A stretch of 64,000 nt of DNA from Felis catus. Its lineage: Eukaryota. The notes below the pieces were generated by a model. That model saw only the letters and a program-made list of their open reading frames with translations, was not told where the DNA came from and searched no databases. This document shows, in pieces, positions 38,108 through 51,346 of this stretch. Every line of letters begins with the position of its first letter. Position 1 is the first letter of the stretch. The DNA is taken from positions 128,032,001-128,096,000 of the forward strand of contig NC_058368.1 of the NCBI RefSeq assembly GCF_018350175.1, read 5' to 3'. The position numbers were made by a program, and so were the translations under genes.

Positions 38108-38280
38108 TTAGACAACTGTTTTAAACATGTGAAAGGTAAATTCAGAGCCAGGTGTCTATTTCCATTTGATTAAAGATGACCCTGATCTATATGTGAACAA
38201 GAGGCACATTAATAATTATGAACTGAATCATCAAAAATATTACATAAATTTTGCTTCTTAAGCAAATAGGAACTTTTAAA

Positions 38281-38604
38281 ATTTTTTTTTTCAACATTTA
38301 TTTTTGGGACAGAGAGAGACAGAGCATGAATGGAGGAGGGGCAGAGAGAGAGGGAGACACAGAATTGGAAACAGGCTCCAGGCTCTGAGCCATCAGCCCA
38401 GAGCCTGACGCGGGGCTCGAACTCACTGACCACGAGGTCGTGACCTGGCTGAAGTCGGACGCTTAACCGACTGCGCCACCCAGGCGCCCCTTTTTTTTTT
38501 TTTTAATTTTTTTTTCAACGTTTATTTATTTTTGGGACAGAGAAAGACAGAGCATGAACGGGGGAGGGGCAGAGAGAGAGGGAGACACAGAATTGGAAAC
38601 AGGC
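38281..38604 (-). mobile_element. Head-to-tail SINEC_Fc pair (full 38281-38490 plus 5'-truncated 38491-38604) inside one TSD
   Basis: 14-bp TSD taggaacttttaaa at 38267-38280 and 38605-38618. Confidence 0.92.
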
Positions 38605-38869
38605 TAGGAACTTTTAAATGTTCTTGCAACACTTCTAGCTATTTAAGGGTTAAAGCAAATTCTCAAAAGCTGAAATTTGATCTAGCATTTTTCCAAGGAA
38701 AATTTAAAACAAAGCAAAGAAGTATATACTTCTGTAAAATGAGAAGGAGCTTTCTATCCCATGCAGCTATTGTTACTAACATTTTCAAATGTTCAAGTAA
38801 ATGATAATGCAAAAAAAAAAAAAAAAAATCAACTAAATCCCCACAGTACCATTGTGCCATACAGAAACA

Positions 38870-40740
38870 CCTATGTAACCCACAGAAAATCTCCACCTCC
38901 CTTGAACATTCTCTCGAGTCCCGTTCTAGTCAATCTTACTTCAGAGAGGTAATCATTTTTTTTTTAATCTTGCATTGGATTTGTTCTAGAACTTCCTAGA
39001 AATGGAATCATACAAGAAGTTGTTTTGGTTGTGTTGCTCAGAATTATGTCTGTGAGACTCATCCATGTTGTTGTGGGTATCAATAGCTCATTCATTTTTA
39101 TTGCTGAATAGTACTCGATTGCACAACTGTACCAAAGTGCATTTACTCATTCTCTTGTTGATATATGTGTGAGTTGCTTCCAGTTCAGGGATATAATAAA
39201 CAAAGCTGCTACCATCATTCTTAACAAGTCTCTCCTATATACAAATTTGATTTTCTCCTGGGTAACTTTTAATTTTAAGTACAAATCCTTTTTCTAAAGT
39301 AGATGTAACATTTAATATCCCTACCAGCAATATGGGAGAGTTCAGGGGCTGTTTGGGTTGCTGGTATTTTTACTTTTAGCCATTCTAGTGGGTATGTAGT
39401 ATTACCTTATTGTCCTTGTAAATGCATTTCCCTGAATGCTAAAAACATTAAGCAGTCTTTACTGTGTTCACTGACCATTCAAATATGTACTTTTGTAAAG
39501 TTTTCCTGACACACTGGCAATTTCTTTTGTCTTTTTCTCATTGAGTATGAAGTTCTTTATGCAATAATGATTTGAGTGCTTTGTTGGACGTGTTTTACAA
39601 ATATTTTCATCTTGGTGGTGGCATGCTTATTCATTTACTTAATTTTGTCCTTTGATGAGTAGTCTGATTTATTCATTCTTATGGTTATTATCTTCTGCAT
39701 CTTATCAAAGAAATACTGGTGTACTCCTGTCACTTCAGGTTACTCTAACAAAATACCAGAAATAGGATGGCTTATCAACAACAGAAATTTGTTTCTCATA
39801 GTTCTAGAGGATGCAGAATACAAGATCAAGGTACGTGAAGATTCAGCTACTGGTGAGGGTGTGCTTTCTTTTCATAGGCAGCTTTTGCTATGTCCTCACA
39901 TGACAGAAGGGAAGAATTCTGGCCTCTTCATCCCCTTGAAAGGGCACAAATCCTATTCATGATAGCTCTACCTTCATGACCTAATGATCTCCCAAAGACC
40001 CACCTCCTAAAACCATCACATTGGGGGTTAGATTTTTAATACATGAATTTTGGGAGGATACAACATACTGTCTATCACATAACCACCAATTTGAAAAATA
40101 TTATCCTACATTTTCTTCTAGTAGTGTTTTATTTTTATGCCTATGACCCATTTTGAATTAATTTTTATTTATGGCTTGAAGTAAAAGTGGAGATTCATTT
40201 TTTTTCCATATGGATATCCAGTTGTTCCAGTACCATTTGTAAATAAAACTTTGCATTTCCTGATTTGATTGCTTTGGTGTTTTGAAAAAATCAATTTACT
40301 ATATAAATATGTGTCTATTTATGGACTATATTCTGTTCTCTTTGTCTATACTTATGCCAAAATTTCACCATCTTGATCACTGTACTTTTAGAGAGAGAAA
40401 GTACAGTGTCAGGTAAAACTGTACTTTTTTCAAGAGTATTTTAACTACTCTAGATTCTTTTCTTTTTCATATAAATTTCAAAACAAGCTTGTCAATTCCA
40501 ATGACACAAAAGCTTTCTGAGATGAAAATTAAGATTAATTTTAATCTATAGATTAAACATTTAACAATGTAAGTCTTCAAATCCACAAACATCGTATTTC
40601 TCTCCATTTATTTAAGTCTGCTTTAATCTCTCAGTAGTATCTTACAGTTTTCTGTGTAGAGGGTCTGCCCATATTTTATTCAATTTACTTCTAAATGTGT
40701 CATTTTTGACATTATTATAAATAGAATTTTAAAATTCTAT
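38870..40740 (-). mobile_element. Old L1 (L1MB/MC-like) 3' region interrupted by an MLT1 LTR
   Basis: aatggaatcataca..., ttcatttttattgctgaatagta..., ggatatccagttgttccagtaccatttg motifs. Confidence 0.8.
39729..40079 (-). mobile_element. MLT1A-like solo LTR
   Basis: aacaaaatacca...aacagaaatttgtttctcatagttct...catgacctaat...ccatcacattgggggttag. Confidence 0.85.
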
Positions 40741-41420
40741 TTTGAGGAAGTAGGTGAGACACTAGAGAATGTAGTTAACTTCATCAGAGAGATGTTTAGT
40801 CAGCTCAGGGCATGGAGGCTTGTGTTTTCTGAGCTGCAGCCCAAGTTGCTGGATTCCACTAACTGCTTACACCCAAGCCCATTAAGAGGATCTGACTCAT
40901 TATTCTAGGTGTCATACTTCTACAGAACCCCAACAATGAGCTTCAGGTCAAGATGTAGCAGTATCTCCCTGCAGAGGAAGTATTATCTGGCCCCCATGAT
41001 TTCCAGGTCTCTCAGAGATGACACAGAATGACAACAGCCCTTCTCTGTGTTCATTGTCCTGAAGTGTTAGAGCAAAGGCCTTGTATTTTCTCACCTTCAA
41101 TGAAGGTGATTACTTTTTAAGGACTCAGTAAATTCACCTTTTAAAGAGCCATGTTCCCTCTCTCCCCTCCCTTCTTCCCTCCCTCTTTTTCTAGGTAAGT
41201 ATCATAAATGCTTTCCAAATATAACAAATGGTGACAAACTTCAACACATCTTATGAGACCCAACCCTACCGTGTGAGAGGAACAATGACCAGTGTGTCCC
41301 AATCCCTGTGACGCATGCTACTGCAAGGTCTGAGAGTCAATATACTGAGTGAACTTCCCAAGTTAAAAAATATACACAGTTACATTTTTTATATATTTTT
41401 TGTATCAATAAAATGCAAAT

Positions 41421-41650
41421 AGGGATGTCTGGGTGGCTCAGTCGGTTAAGCGTCTGACTTCAGCTCAGTTCATGATCTCACCGTTCATGTGTTCAAGCCC
41501 CACATTGGGCTCTGTGCTGACAGCTCAGAGCCTGGAGCCTGTTTCATATTCTGTGTCTCCCTCTCTCTTTCTGCACCTCTCCTGCATGTTCACACGCTCT
41601 CTTTCTCTCTCTTCCCCCCCTTTCTCTCTTTCAAAAATAATTCAATTAAA
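41421..41650 (+). mobile_element. CanSINE
   Basis: Consensus motifs; flanking aaaatgcaaa repeat. Confidence 0.9.
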
Positions 41651-42376
41651 AATGCAAAGTAATTAAAAGTCACTTTTTCTCATCAAGTATTTTTATAATC
41701 CGCAGATATGAAAGGTCATAATTAACATTCAAAGTGAAGTTCGCCAAGTTCTGTGCATTAGAACAGGTTGAGAACAAGGAACCTAGACAAAAGCAGAAAC
41801 ACAAAGTAATGAAATCCACAAGCATGGAAAAATAGGAATCTTTACAGTTTTCTAAAATTCACTATGACTAGAACTGCTTGACATAGATAAGAGAACAGTA
41901 CTATGAAACTTCAAATGCTGTGAAAGAAAAAAAGCAGTTCGATGGAAATTCACATGTCCTTAAGTGCAGCACAGTGTCCAGAGATGTTAGAAATCTTAAC
42001 ACTGTCACAACGGCATCACCAAAATGGTATTTTTAACTACTCAGTCTTCCAGGGAAATAATTTTTCAACAGATTCCAATTACCTCCAATTGCATAATAAA
42101 AATCAGGTTGCAATTATTGAAATACACCTTATAATAAAATTGCTGATACTACTCTATAACCAAAGTCACTAGGTTCATCTTCATAGAAGTGGCCAAAGCA
42201 AGTTTAACTGTAAGATAATTTCTATTCCAAGCCACTTATGAAGGAAATGCCAATAATAAGATTTTATTGTAAAATTTTTAACACAATCTAGCTTCAATGC
42301 ATGCTTAATTTGGTGTATCCAGGGAAGACACATCTTCAAGATGTCCCAAGTGTGAAGGCCACTCAATTGCAAATCC

Positions 42377-42425
42377 ATCCACTATTTATGGATGGATCCA
42401 CTATTTATGGATCCACTATTTATGG
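42377..42425 (+). repeat. Three copies of the 15-mer atccactatttatgg
   Basis: Copies at 42377-42391, 42396-42410 and 42411-42425. Confidence 0.9.
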
Positions 42426-42980
42426 ATGTGATTAACAAATTGCCAGGGCATTCAGCTCTAAAGTAGGGTGTTTGGCTAGTTCAAATGCATGTTGAAAATA
42501 ACATACTCCTGGAATATGAAGTTCTTTTTGTATCTGAATTCCAGATAATCCCTCTACTATAAAAACTACAAATTCTTTATTTGGCCATGTTTTATGTGTC
42601 ATTGGACAATTCTTTGTTATCTTTCTTCAACAAGCATCTACCAGTACAATGCAAGCAAATTACAGGCAAAAATCTCAGTTAACTGATTAGGTACCAAAAA
42701 TTCATTTGTACTAAATGTGTTATTTTTCCTTAATGTCTTCTATTTATTACTAACTGCCTACCTTTCCACTAAAATGAATATGTTTATCTAAGAGGTCAGA
42801 GAACTTATTCTCCATCATAGCCATTTAGAAGAAAATATCTTCCTACTTTTTCCAAAATGACATATAAATACATTCCTACAGCAATTTCTAACAAATGTAT
42901 TCCTCTCAAATTTGATTTTGAAAAAACAAAATATGCAACTGAAAATTACACACAAAGCATACTTAAGATAAATCATAAGT

Positions 42981-43198
42981 GGGGCGCCTGGGTGGCTCAG
43001 TCGGTTGAGCGTCCATCCGACTTCAGCTCAGGTAATGATCTCGCAGTTTGTGAGTTCGAGCCCTGCGTCGGGCTCTGTGCTGACAGCTCAGAGCCTGGAG
43101 CCTGCTTCAGATTCTGTGTCTCCCTCTCTCTCTGCCCCTTCCCCACTCATGCTCTGTCCCTCAAAAAGGAATAAACGTTAAAAAAAATTTTTTTTAAA
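42981..43198 (+). mobile_element. CanSINE
   Basis: Consensus head and tail. Confidence 0.93.
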
Positions 43199-44104
43199 GA
43201 TAGTAACAACAGTTACTATATCTGGATATATAATTAGGTGACTATTTCAAAAATACAACTGCACACTCTAATAGATATTCAATAACCTCCACCATTTTCC
43301 CTCTCACTCCAACACCTCAACTTCTTCCTATATTTTTCATGTCAATTTTAGCTCACATATCATCTTTTTCCTCTATTAAGAACAATTCATTGGATGGTTT
43401 CATCCCTTTAACACATGCAATTCAATTACATTTTCTTGCTAATGTATCTAACAGTGAAGATGATTTGTGCAAATTATCTGACCCTTCCATTTTCTACCTG
43501 TGTGACCTTTGCAGTCAATGGCATAAAGGAAATTCTTGTTCTCTAATTGTGTCATGTATCACAATAAGAAAAATACACCCAAGAGGTGGAAGACATTTGG
43601 AACATATTACAGTAGTTTCAAAAACAACGCAATTTGGTTACATTTTACTGGGATTTAGGAGGCCATGTAACATTTTTCCTTGGAGTATCAAGCAATCAGA
43701 TCATGGGCCTTGAAAGAAGCTCGAACAGCAACTGAGGGGAGGTATCTTAAACAAAGACTGTCGAGAAATGGTAATTAAAATGGAAATGATGTCCACTAAA
43801 TAATAAACTGAACACTGATGTTTTCACCACCATCACAGTAGAAGAGTATCTGGACCAACGAAAATCCACTGACACTGCATATTACTCAAAATTAAATAGA
43901 AAAAAATAATTTTTAATCATTTCAAAGGGAAAGAGAATACTGTTCCAAGAATTCAAAGCAAACCTCTGCAAAACTTCTTACTCCAGAATCCAAAAGAAAA
44001 TTTCAGAAAACAATCTGGTATCCTCATCGCGGACAAAGGCATATGACCTCTATGAAAGGAAACAGGATGAAATGAGAATTCCAGGAAAGATAAAAAGGCA
44101 ATAG

Positions 44105-44181
44105 TGTGATTTTGTGATGGGCACTGGATGTTGTATATAAACGATGTATCACTAAATTCTACTCCTGAAATGATTATTATA

Positions 44182-44221
<40 letters not shown>

Positions 44222-44266
44222 ATCTTAACTAACTAGAATATAAATAAAAACTTGAAACAAAAAATA
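44105..44266 (+). mobile_element. Short carnivore L1 3' end containing a (TCTA)n microsatellite
   Basis: gcactggatgttgtatataa...actaaattctactcctgaa...ttaactaactagaa; (TCTA)n about 44184-44220. Confidence 0.75.
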
Positions 44267-44759
44267 AAGGCAGCCATGTGGAGTGAATAGAGGAAAGGGT
44301 ATTTAAAAAAAAAAAGATTACCAATAAACTAAAAACAGAGTGCAAGAAGTGACACTGAACATGGCAGATTTAATCACTATTTAATTGTTCTAGAGGATCT
44401 CAAAGGGAGAAAGAAAAAGCAAACTGTGACAGAAAAATAAGTGGAAAAATAGAGACTATGGAGTTAACATGCATTAGTCAGTGTTTCTAGAACAGAGCCC
44501 AGACAAATAGAAATCACCATCAAAAATGTACTTTCAGAAAACCTTCTTAATCTCAGAAAGGTAAGTTAAATGGTTTCAGGAAAAATATAAGTAAGTAAAA
44601 ATCTAAACCTTAACATACCTGACATTTTTATACCAGCAAATACAGGAGAAAATTTTTGCAAGATTCTAGGCAAGCTTAAAAATGCTTGCCTACAAAAATA
44701 AAAACTAAATATGCTAGTTTTTATGACATCGCCAACAAGGCTGAATGAGAGTTTTCTAC

Positions 44760-46495
44760 GGTTTTCCCTCAAAAGGCCACCAATTTTGATAATCACCCAG
44801 GGATGAAAGAGCCTTTATGAAAGTCTGGGAGTCCATTGGAGAAGTTCCAGCACACGGTTGGAGCAAAAAAATTAGAGACTGACTCAGTGAAAAGGTAAGA
44901 GGAAGTTTCGCTTTGTCCACATCACTGCTCCCCCGGCACTCACTGGGCACAGCTCCGTGTCAAGATTTTCTCAGCCCAGGACCTCTCCCACAGGGGAATG
45001 TAATAACATAGAAGTGAGCACCTGCTTTTGCCAGCTGTGCAGGATGCTGCCAAAGTGACACACTTCTTTTTCACCACATTCTGAAAACTGAGATGTGAAC
45101 TGTATACCACTGGGGGCCAGCAAGTAGCTAGGAGGCCAGAGTGACAAATGAGAGCTCAGATCAAAATGTATCAAAGGTCTTAAACACCACTTTACAGACT
45201 CCATCAGGAAAGCTATCCAAGAGCAGCTGGGGATGCCTTGCCAGTGGAGCCCCTAGCTGTACCACCGACACCCCCAATGCTAGGCAAACCCAACCCACAT
45301 ATATTCCCATCCCATGGGCAGCCACTATGTGTGCCCCCAGAGTGAGAGTGGTGAGAATGAGGTTTTTCAGACAGCAGACAGCCCCACAGGAAGCTGACGT
45401 GACTCTGCAGGATGAGGAGACAATTGCCAAACCAATTCTGAGAAAAAAGAACCAAAGTGACAGCATCACACCTCCTGATTTCCAGCTGTATTACAAAGCT
45501 ATCCTACACAAAACAGTATGGTACTGACATGAAACCAATGGAACGCAATCAAATGCCCAGAAACGAACCCATGTGTGGTCAAGTAACATTTGGCAAAAAG
45601 AGACAAGAATATTCAATGGGAATGTTTATAGTCTTTTCAATAAATGGTGCTGGAAAAACTTGAAATTCACATGCAGAAGAGTGAAACTAGACCATTCCCC
45701 TACCCCATACACAAAAATCCACTCAGAATACATTAAGACCCAAACTTTCAAACTCCTAAAAGAAACAGAGGAAAAAAATTCTCCTTCACATTGGTCTTGG
45801 CAATGATTCTTTAGATATGACAGCAAAAGTACCAGTAAAAAAAATAAAGAAGTGGGGCTGCATCAAACTGAAATGCTTCACAAAATAACACAAAATGAAA
45901 AGGCAAACCATGGAATGGGAAAAAAATATCTGTAATCCACATATCTGATAAGGGTAATATCCAAAATATGTAAAGAACTCCCGCAATTCAACAGAAAAAC
46001 AAAAACAAATAACAAATACCCCAATTAAAAAATGGGCAAAAGACTTGAATAGCATTTTCCAGAGAAGACATTGCATGTACATGAAGAGATTCCTGACATC
46101 ACTAATTATCAGGAAAATGCAAATCAAACCACATTGATTTAACACCTCACACCCATTATAATATCTACTGTCTAAAAAAGTAAGAAAAAGGAGATAATAA
46201 ATGCTGGTGAAAATGTAGAGAAGAGAGAAGCCTGTGCACTGTTGGTGGGAATATAAACTGGTGCAGACACTATGGAAAATAGTATGGAGGTTCCTCAAAA
46301 TGTTTAAACTAGAACTACTATATGATCCAGCAATGCTATTTCTTGGTATATATCCAAAGGAAATGAAAAATATATATGTGCTCCTATCTTCACTGCAGTA
46401 TTATTCACAATAACCAAGGTTTGGAATCAACCTAAACATCACCAGATAAATGGATGTCTCTGTCTCTGTCTCTGTCTCTCTCTCTTTTTCCCTTT

Positions 46496-46531
<36 letters not shown>

Positions 46532-47010
46532 AAGAGGTATATTATTCAGCTTTAAAAAGAAAAAGAAAAAAAAATGTTGCCATCAGAAACAACATGGAGG
46601 GCATTATACTAGGTGAAATAATCTACACAGAAAAAGACAAATACTACATGTTATCATTTACATGTGGAATCTTAAAAAAAAAAAATCAAACTTCTAGAAA
46701 CTGAGAGTAGAATGGTAGTTTCCAGGAACTGAGGGGTGGAAACAATGGGGGAGGTTGGTAAAAGGCTACAATGTATAGGATGGTGACTATATTTAATAAT
46801 ACTGTATTGTATAATTACATTTTGCTAAGAGTAGGTATTAAGTGTTCTTACACATACATTAAAAAAGGTAAATATGTGAGGTATGGATGTGTTAATTAAC
46901 TTATGAGAATCCTTATAAAGTGTTTTTGTATATCAAATCATCACACTGTACACTTTAAATATATTACAATTTTGTCAGAATACCTCAGTAAGGCTGGGAA
47001 AAAAAAGAAA
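44760..47010 (+). mobile_element. Old L1 (L1MA-like): 5' UTR-like segment joined to 3' ORF2 and 3' UTR
   Basis: 44760-45420 resembles L1M 5' UTR; from about 45425 ORF2 [22 protein letters not shown]1MA-type 3' end tacctcagtaaggctgggaaaa. Confidence 0.75.
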
Positions 47011-47239
47011 AAATGATCCTATATTAGGGAAAAGTATCACAAACTTATAAAATGTAGGAATTCAATACCCCATCTGCACGCTCACAAGATGCACATGTGA
47101 AACACATATGCCCAAACACAATGGGAATTATTATCAGGACATAACCTTAAAATGAACACACAAAGGCAAACCTGAAAAGAAAACATATCTAAATGGCATA
47201 GACTAAAGAAAAAATCAAAATTATAATTATGAGCTATTT

Positions 47240-47395
47240 GGGGGCGCCTGGGTGGTTCAGGTTAAGCGTCCAACTTTGGCTCGGGTCATGATCTCACGGT
47301 TTGTGGGTTTGATCCCCGCATTGGGCTCTGTGCTGACAGCTCAAAGCCTGGAGCCTGTCCTCAGATTCTGTGTCTCCCTCTCTCTCTGTTCATCC

Positions 47396-47431
<36 letters not shown>

Positions 47432-47460
47432 AATAAGTAAAACATAAAAATTTTTTAAAA
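47240..47460 (+). mobile_element. CanSINE
   Basis: 16-bp TSD taattatgagctattt at 47224-47239 and 47461-47476. Confidence 0.95.
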
Positions 47461-48191
47461 TAATTATGAGCTATTTTAACATTCAGAATAATGAGAAAAT
47501 CTATATAAAAGCTAATGATGGGTGGTAAAATAAAATGGACTCACAGGACAAAAACTCATGGCATTTAGGATTCTCATTTTTAAAAATACATGAAAATAAA
47601 AGGACAAGATATTCAACTCAATAAGTGAAAGGATCTCAGTAAAGGTCAATGAAATAACCCTAAAAAAGTAGCAGTAAGGAACCAGTAAAAACAAAAATAA
47701 AACTAAGTATTCATTTAGCAAGCTAGGAAAATATTATAAAATAACCCTAAGAAAAATAAGGAAAGTGAATTAATGAAAATAAAAGGAGAAAAAAGGACAA
47801 TGAAGTAACATTCACATAGGCTAAGCAAGAAAGAGAAAATTCAAGTTTCATTAAAAGCCACTAAGTAGATAAGGCCAAATAAGATGAAAAATATCCTAAC
47901 AGAATGGTATATACAGCCCTATTCTGATTAACATAATCCTGATGCAGTGACAATAATGAGAGAAAGCATAAATTGACAAAGTGATCTAAGAAAGAGCTAC
48001 TAACCAGAATATAACAGAACATATATGTAGCATAATATCTACCTCTACAAAAGGAAGAAGGCAGAGATTGTTTAAGAAGCAAATTATTTCAAAATTACAC
48101 ATCTCACAACAGAGATCAACATGAAAGGATACCATACTCCATTTACATAGGTATTACAAACCTGATACCAAAGCTGACAATGATTAGTTTT

Positions 48192-49121
48192 TATCCAAAA
48201 TCTATAAAGAGCTTATCAAACCCAATACCTAAAAAACAAATAATTCAGTTAAGAAATGGGCGGAAGACATAAAGAGACATTTTTCCAAAGCAGACATCCA
48301 GGTGGCAACTGACACATGAAAAGATGCTCAACATCACTCATCATCAGGGAAATACAAATCACAACCATGATGAGATATCACCTCCCACCTGTCAGAATGA
48401 CTAAAATTAACAACACAAGACATAACAGATGTTGGCGAGGATGCAGAGAAAAGGGAATCCTCTTATGATGTTAGTAGGAATGCAAACTGGTGCAGCCACC
48501 ATGGAAAGCACTGTGGAAGTTCCTCAAAAAGTTAAAAATAGAACTACCCTATGACCCAGCAGTTGCACTACAAGGTATTTACCCAAAGTATAAAAAAATA
48601 CTGATTTGAAGGAGCACACACACCTGGATATTGATAGCATCATTAGCAACAACAGCCAATTTATGGAAAGAGACCAAATATCCATTGCCTGATGAAAGGA
48701 TAAAGAAGATGTGGTATGAATACACAATGGAGTATTACTCAGCCCTCAAAAAGAATGAAATCTTGCCATTTGCAATGACATGGGAAGAGCTAGAATGTAC
48801 TATGCAAAGCAAATTAAGTCAGAGAAAGACAAATACCGTATGATTCCACTCATATGTGGAATTTAAGGAACAAAACAGATGAACATAGGAGAAGGGGAAA
48901 AAAAGAGGGAAGCAAACCACAAGAGACTTTTTACTATAGGGAACTGAGGGTTGATGGAAGAAGGTAGATGGGAGACGGGCTAACCATGTGATGGGTATTG
49001 AGGACACTTGTATTCAGCACTGGGTGTTGCATGTAAGTGATGAATCATTAAATTCTACTCCTAAAACCAATATTACACTAGACGTTAACTAACTAGAATT
49101 TAAATAAAAATTTGAAAAAAA
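48192..49121 (+). mobile_element. 5'-truncated carnivore L1 3' end
   Basis: ORF2 C-terminal homology (KKNEILPFA) and 3' UTR ending ttaactaactagaatttaaataaaaa. Confidence 0.9.
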
Positions 49122-51302
49122 GATATACTTATCTCACTTTTATTAAAATGAAAACACAAGTAAAATATTTGCGTAAAATCCAAGAGTGCCTTTTTTAGAG
49201 TCAAAACTAAATAAGAGTTCCAAATACTGGCAAAAATGAGACAGAGGCAGAATGATTATTTTCCAGAGTAATTATTTTTCTTTAAATACCAAAGGGAAAA
49301 GATACAATGGAAGTTAAGCCATTCTAACTGAGTGTGCTAGAAATTTACAGCAATGAAACATGATAACTAGCTCTATTTAAGAAAGATAAATGAGTAAAAG
49401 AGAAAAATCAGTTGCCAAAGATATTTATGCTAAATATGTATAATATAAAATTTAAGTGTAAGAAAATGTGACATTTCCAAGCACTGAAGAAGCTATAAAT
49501 TAATCACAACTTACAACGGAGATTGGCATGTACATGTCCAGCAAGCACTGAGGTAACAAGAAGTTCCAGAGGTTAGCCGCCAAATACAGCCAGACCAAGC
49601 ATTTGAAATTAAACAGCTCATCAATAATGCCAGTCTACACAGGTGCATGAACTCCATCTACATTTGCTAGTCTATCCCATTCTTTCCTGCTCATCCTTCA
49701 TTTGTCACTGTGTCTGTGTCACACTAGATTTAGAGAGAAGCACCACATTGTCCCAAAATTAGCCAAAATAGTACAGCAACAAGAGTAAAAATCTTCAAAA
49801 CTTTTTTGTTCACAGGTCACTACTTATTTTCATGACATTAAAAAAAAGAGATGTTTCTGCTCTCTATTTACGTAGAAGAATAGGAAAAAAGTGCCATTAG
49901 GAATAAAGTGCCATTCAAAAAAAGAATACAAATTCCACCTCAACATAGGAGAAATACTTTCATATCCAAAAGCCTGATAATATCTAATTTCTGTCACATT
50001 TCATTTTCCAGCTAACCTTCTCTTTTATAGTATGTTCTATACCAGAAGCTTTTGTGAGACTGAATTTAAATTAACTTTGAGAAATTTCCACAATTCATCA
50101 TGGAATTTTGGAGTACTAAATACCCAGGGCTGAAGTTTCCAAACTTCCACACCCTTCTAGAACTGTTGTTAGGCTTGTTGTAGACATTTATGGGTAGGGC
50201 AATTTATAAAAAATAGCAACAAATCGTTGGTAACTGGTCACAAAACTAAAGCCATTACAAGATTATCAGCCCATCAGATAAAAAGAAAAGCCAGAAATGC
50301 CTCAAAGGCTTGTGTTGCTAAGTGATGCCAGAGAGGCAAAAATGTGTTTAAAGTGCCATTTAGGAGGCTCTCCAATGGATGTTACACCCTAACTCAGCAT
50401 GGTTCGTAATTATGTTCTTATAGGAAAAAGCCAGAGAAGAAAATTACGTCTGTGCTTTTCACAACTATTTTCCTCCAAGGTGCCAAAGATAATTCAGATA
50501 GCAAAATAAATGTCCTGTGGCAAAAATGAGGGATTCAAGATTAAAAATCCCCTTGACTCTCAATCTTCTTTTCTGGGTAACAAACCTACTCTACCACTAC
50601 CACCATTTGCCCCCAATATTCAGCTATCCTTCCCCTCAGGGAGCCATGGTTAAACTCCTCTCTCTAAAAAAATAACTTGGCATATGACAACCAAACATAA
50701 TAGTTATTTATGGTGTCTCCATGTTTTTGCCTTTATATATATTATAAACATACTGAGTTCTAAAAGTACATCGCTTTCTACCTAGATACTCACTGTTTTG
50801 TTTATTCTAAAGTGCTTGATGAGAATCTGTTAATATCACTGAAATCTTGTTATGGGGGATCCGTGAAAAAAAGTCACTAAAGCCCAAATCAGTAAATGTT
50901 GATGCCTTTAGCATTCTCCCCGAGAGACAATGTAGGGCAATAAAAAAAAATAAAAAATAAAAAAAACGGGAATTTCAACAGGAAAATAAATGTGAATTAT
51001 AATTAGAATGAATTCTGTCTCCTACAACAACACCCCAGAGCAGCCACATTTACTGAAAAATAGAAGCATGATAGTCACTGTTCCCAATAAGCCTCGCCAT
51101 GAACAATTCAACAAATGACAACTTTGGCAAACTGTGGATCCTGAAACCTTGACATTAAAAACTCAATTTAGGAAAACATATTTGAAATAGTTAGATAAGC
51201 ACATGGATAGCTTAGATAGAGGTATATCCAGAGACTTCTTCTCTTCTTCTAGGAATTTAGAAATAAATTGTTTTCCATCAATTGGTTGGTAAGAATGCTT
51301 AC

Positions 51303-51346
51303 TTGCTTGGGGTTATATTTCTTCACAAAGAACATTGGAGGCACAA
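51303..51346 (-). other. Candidate 44-nt exon
   Basis: Very strong acceptor tttttctttcctttttactttccttttgcaacag| and donor CAA|GTAAGC in unique sequence. Confidence 0.55.

Noticed and set aside
51078..51135. Faint resemblance to the U4 snRNA 3' part (ttcccaata...cgccatga)
   Set aside because: Match is too short and gapped; no other U4 segments or TSD
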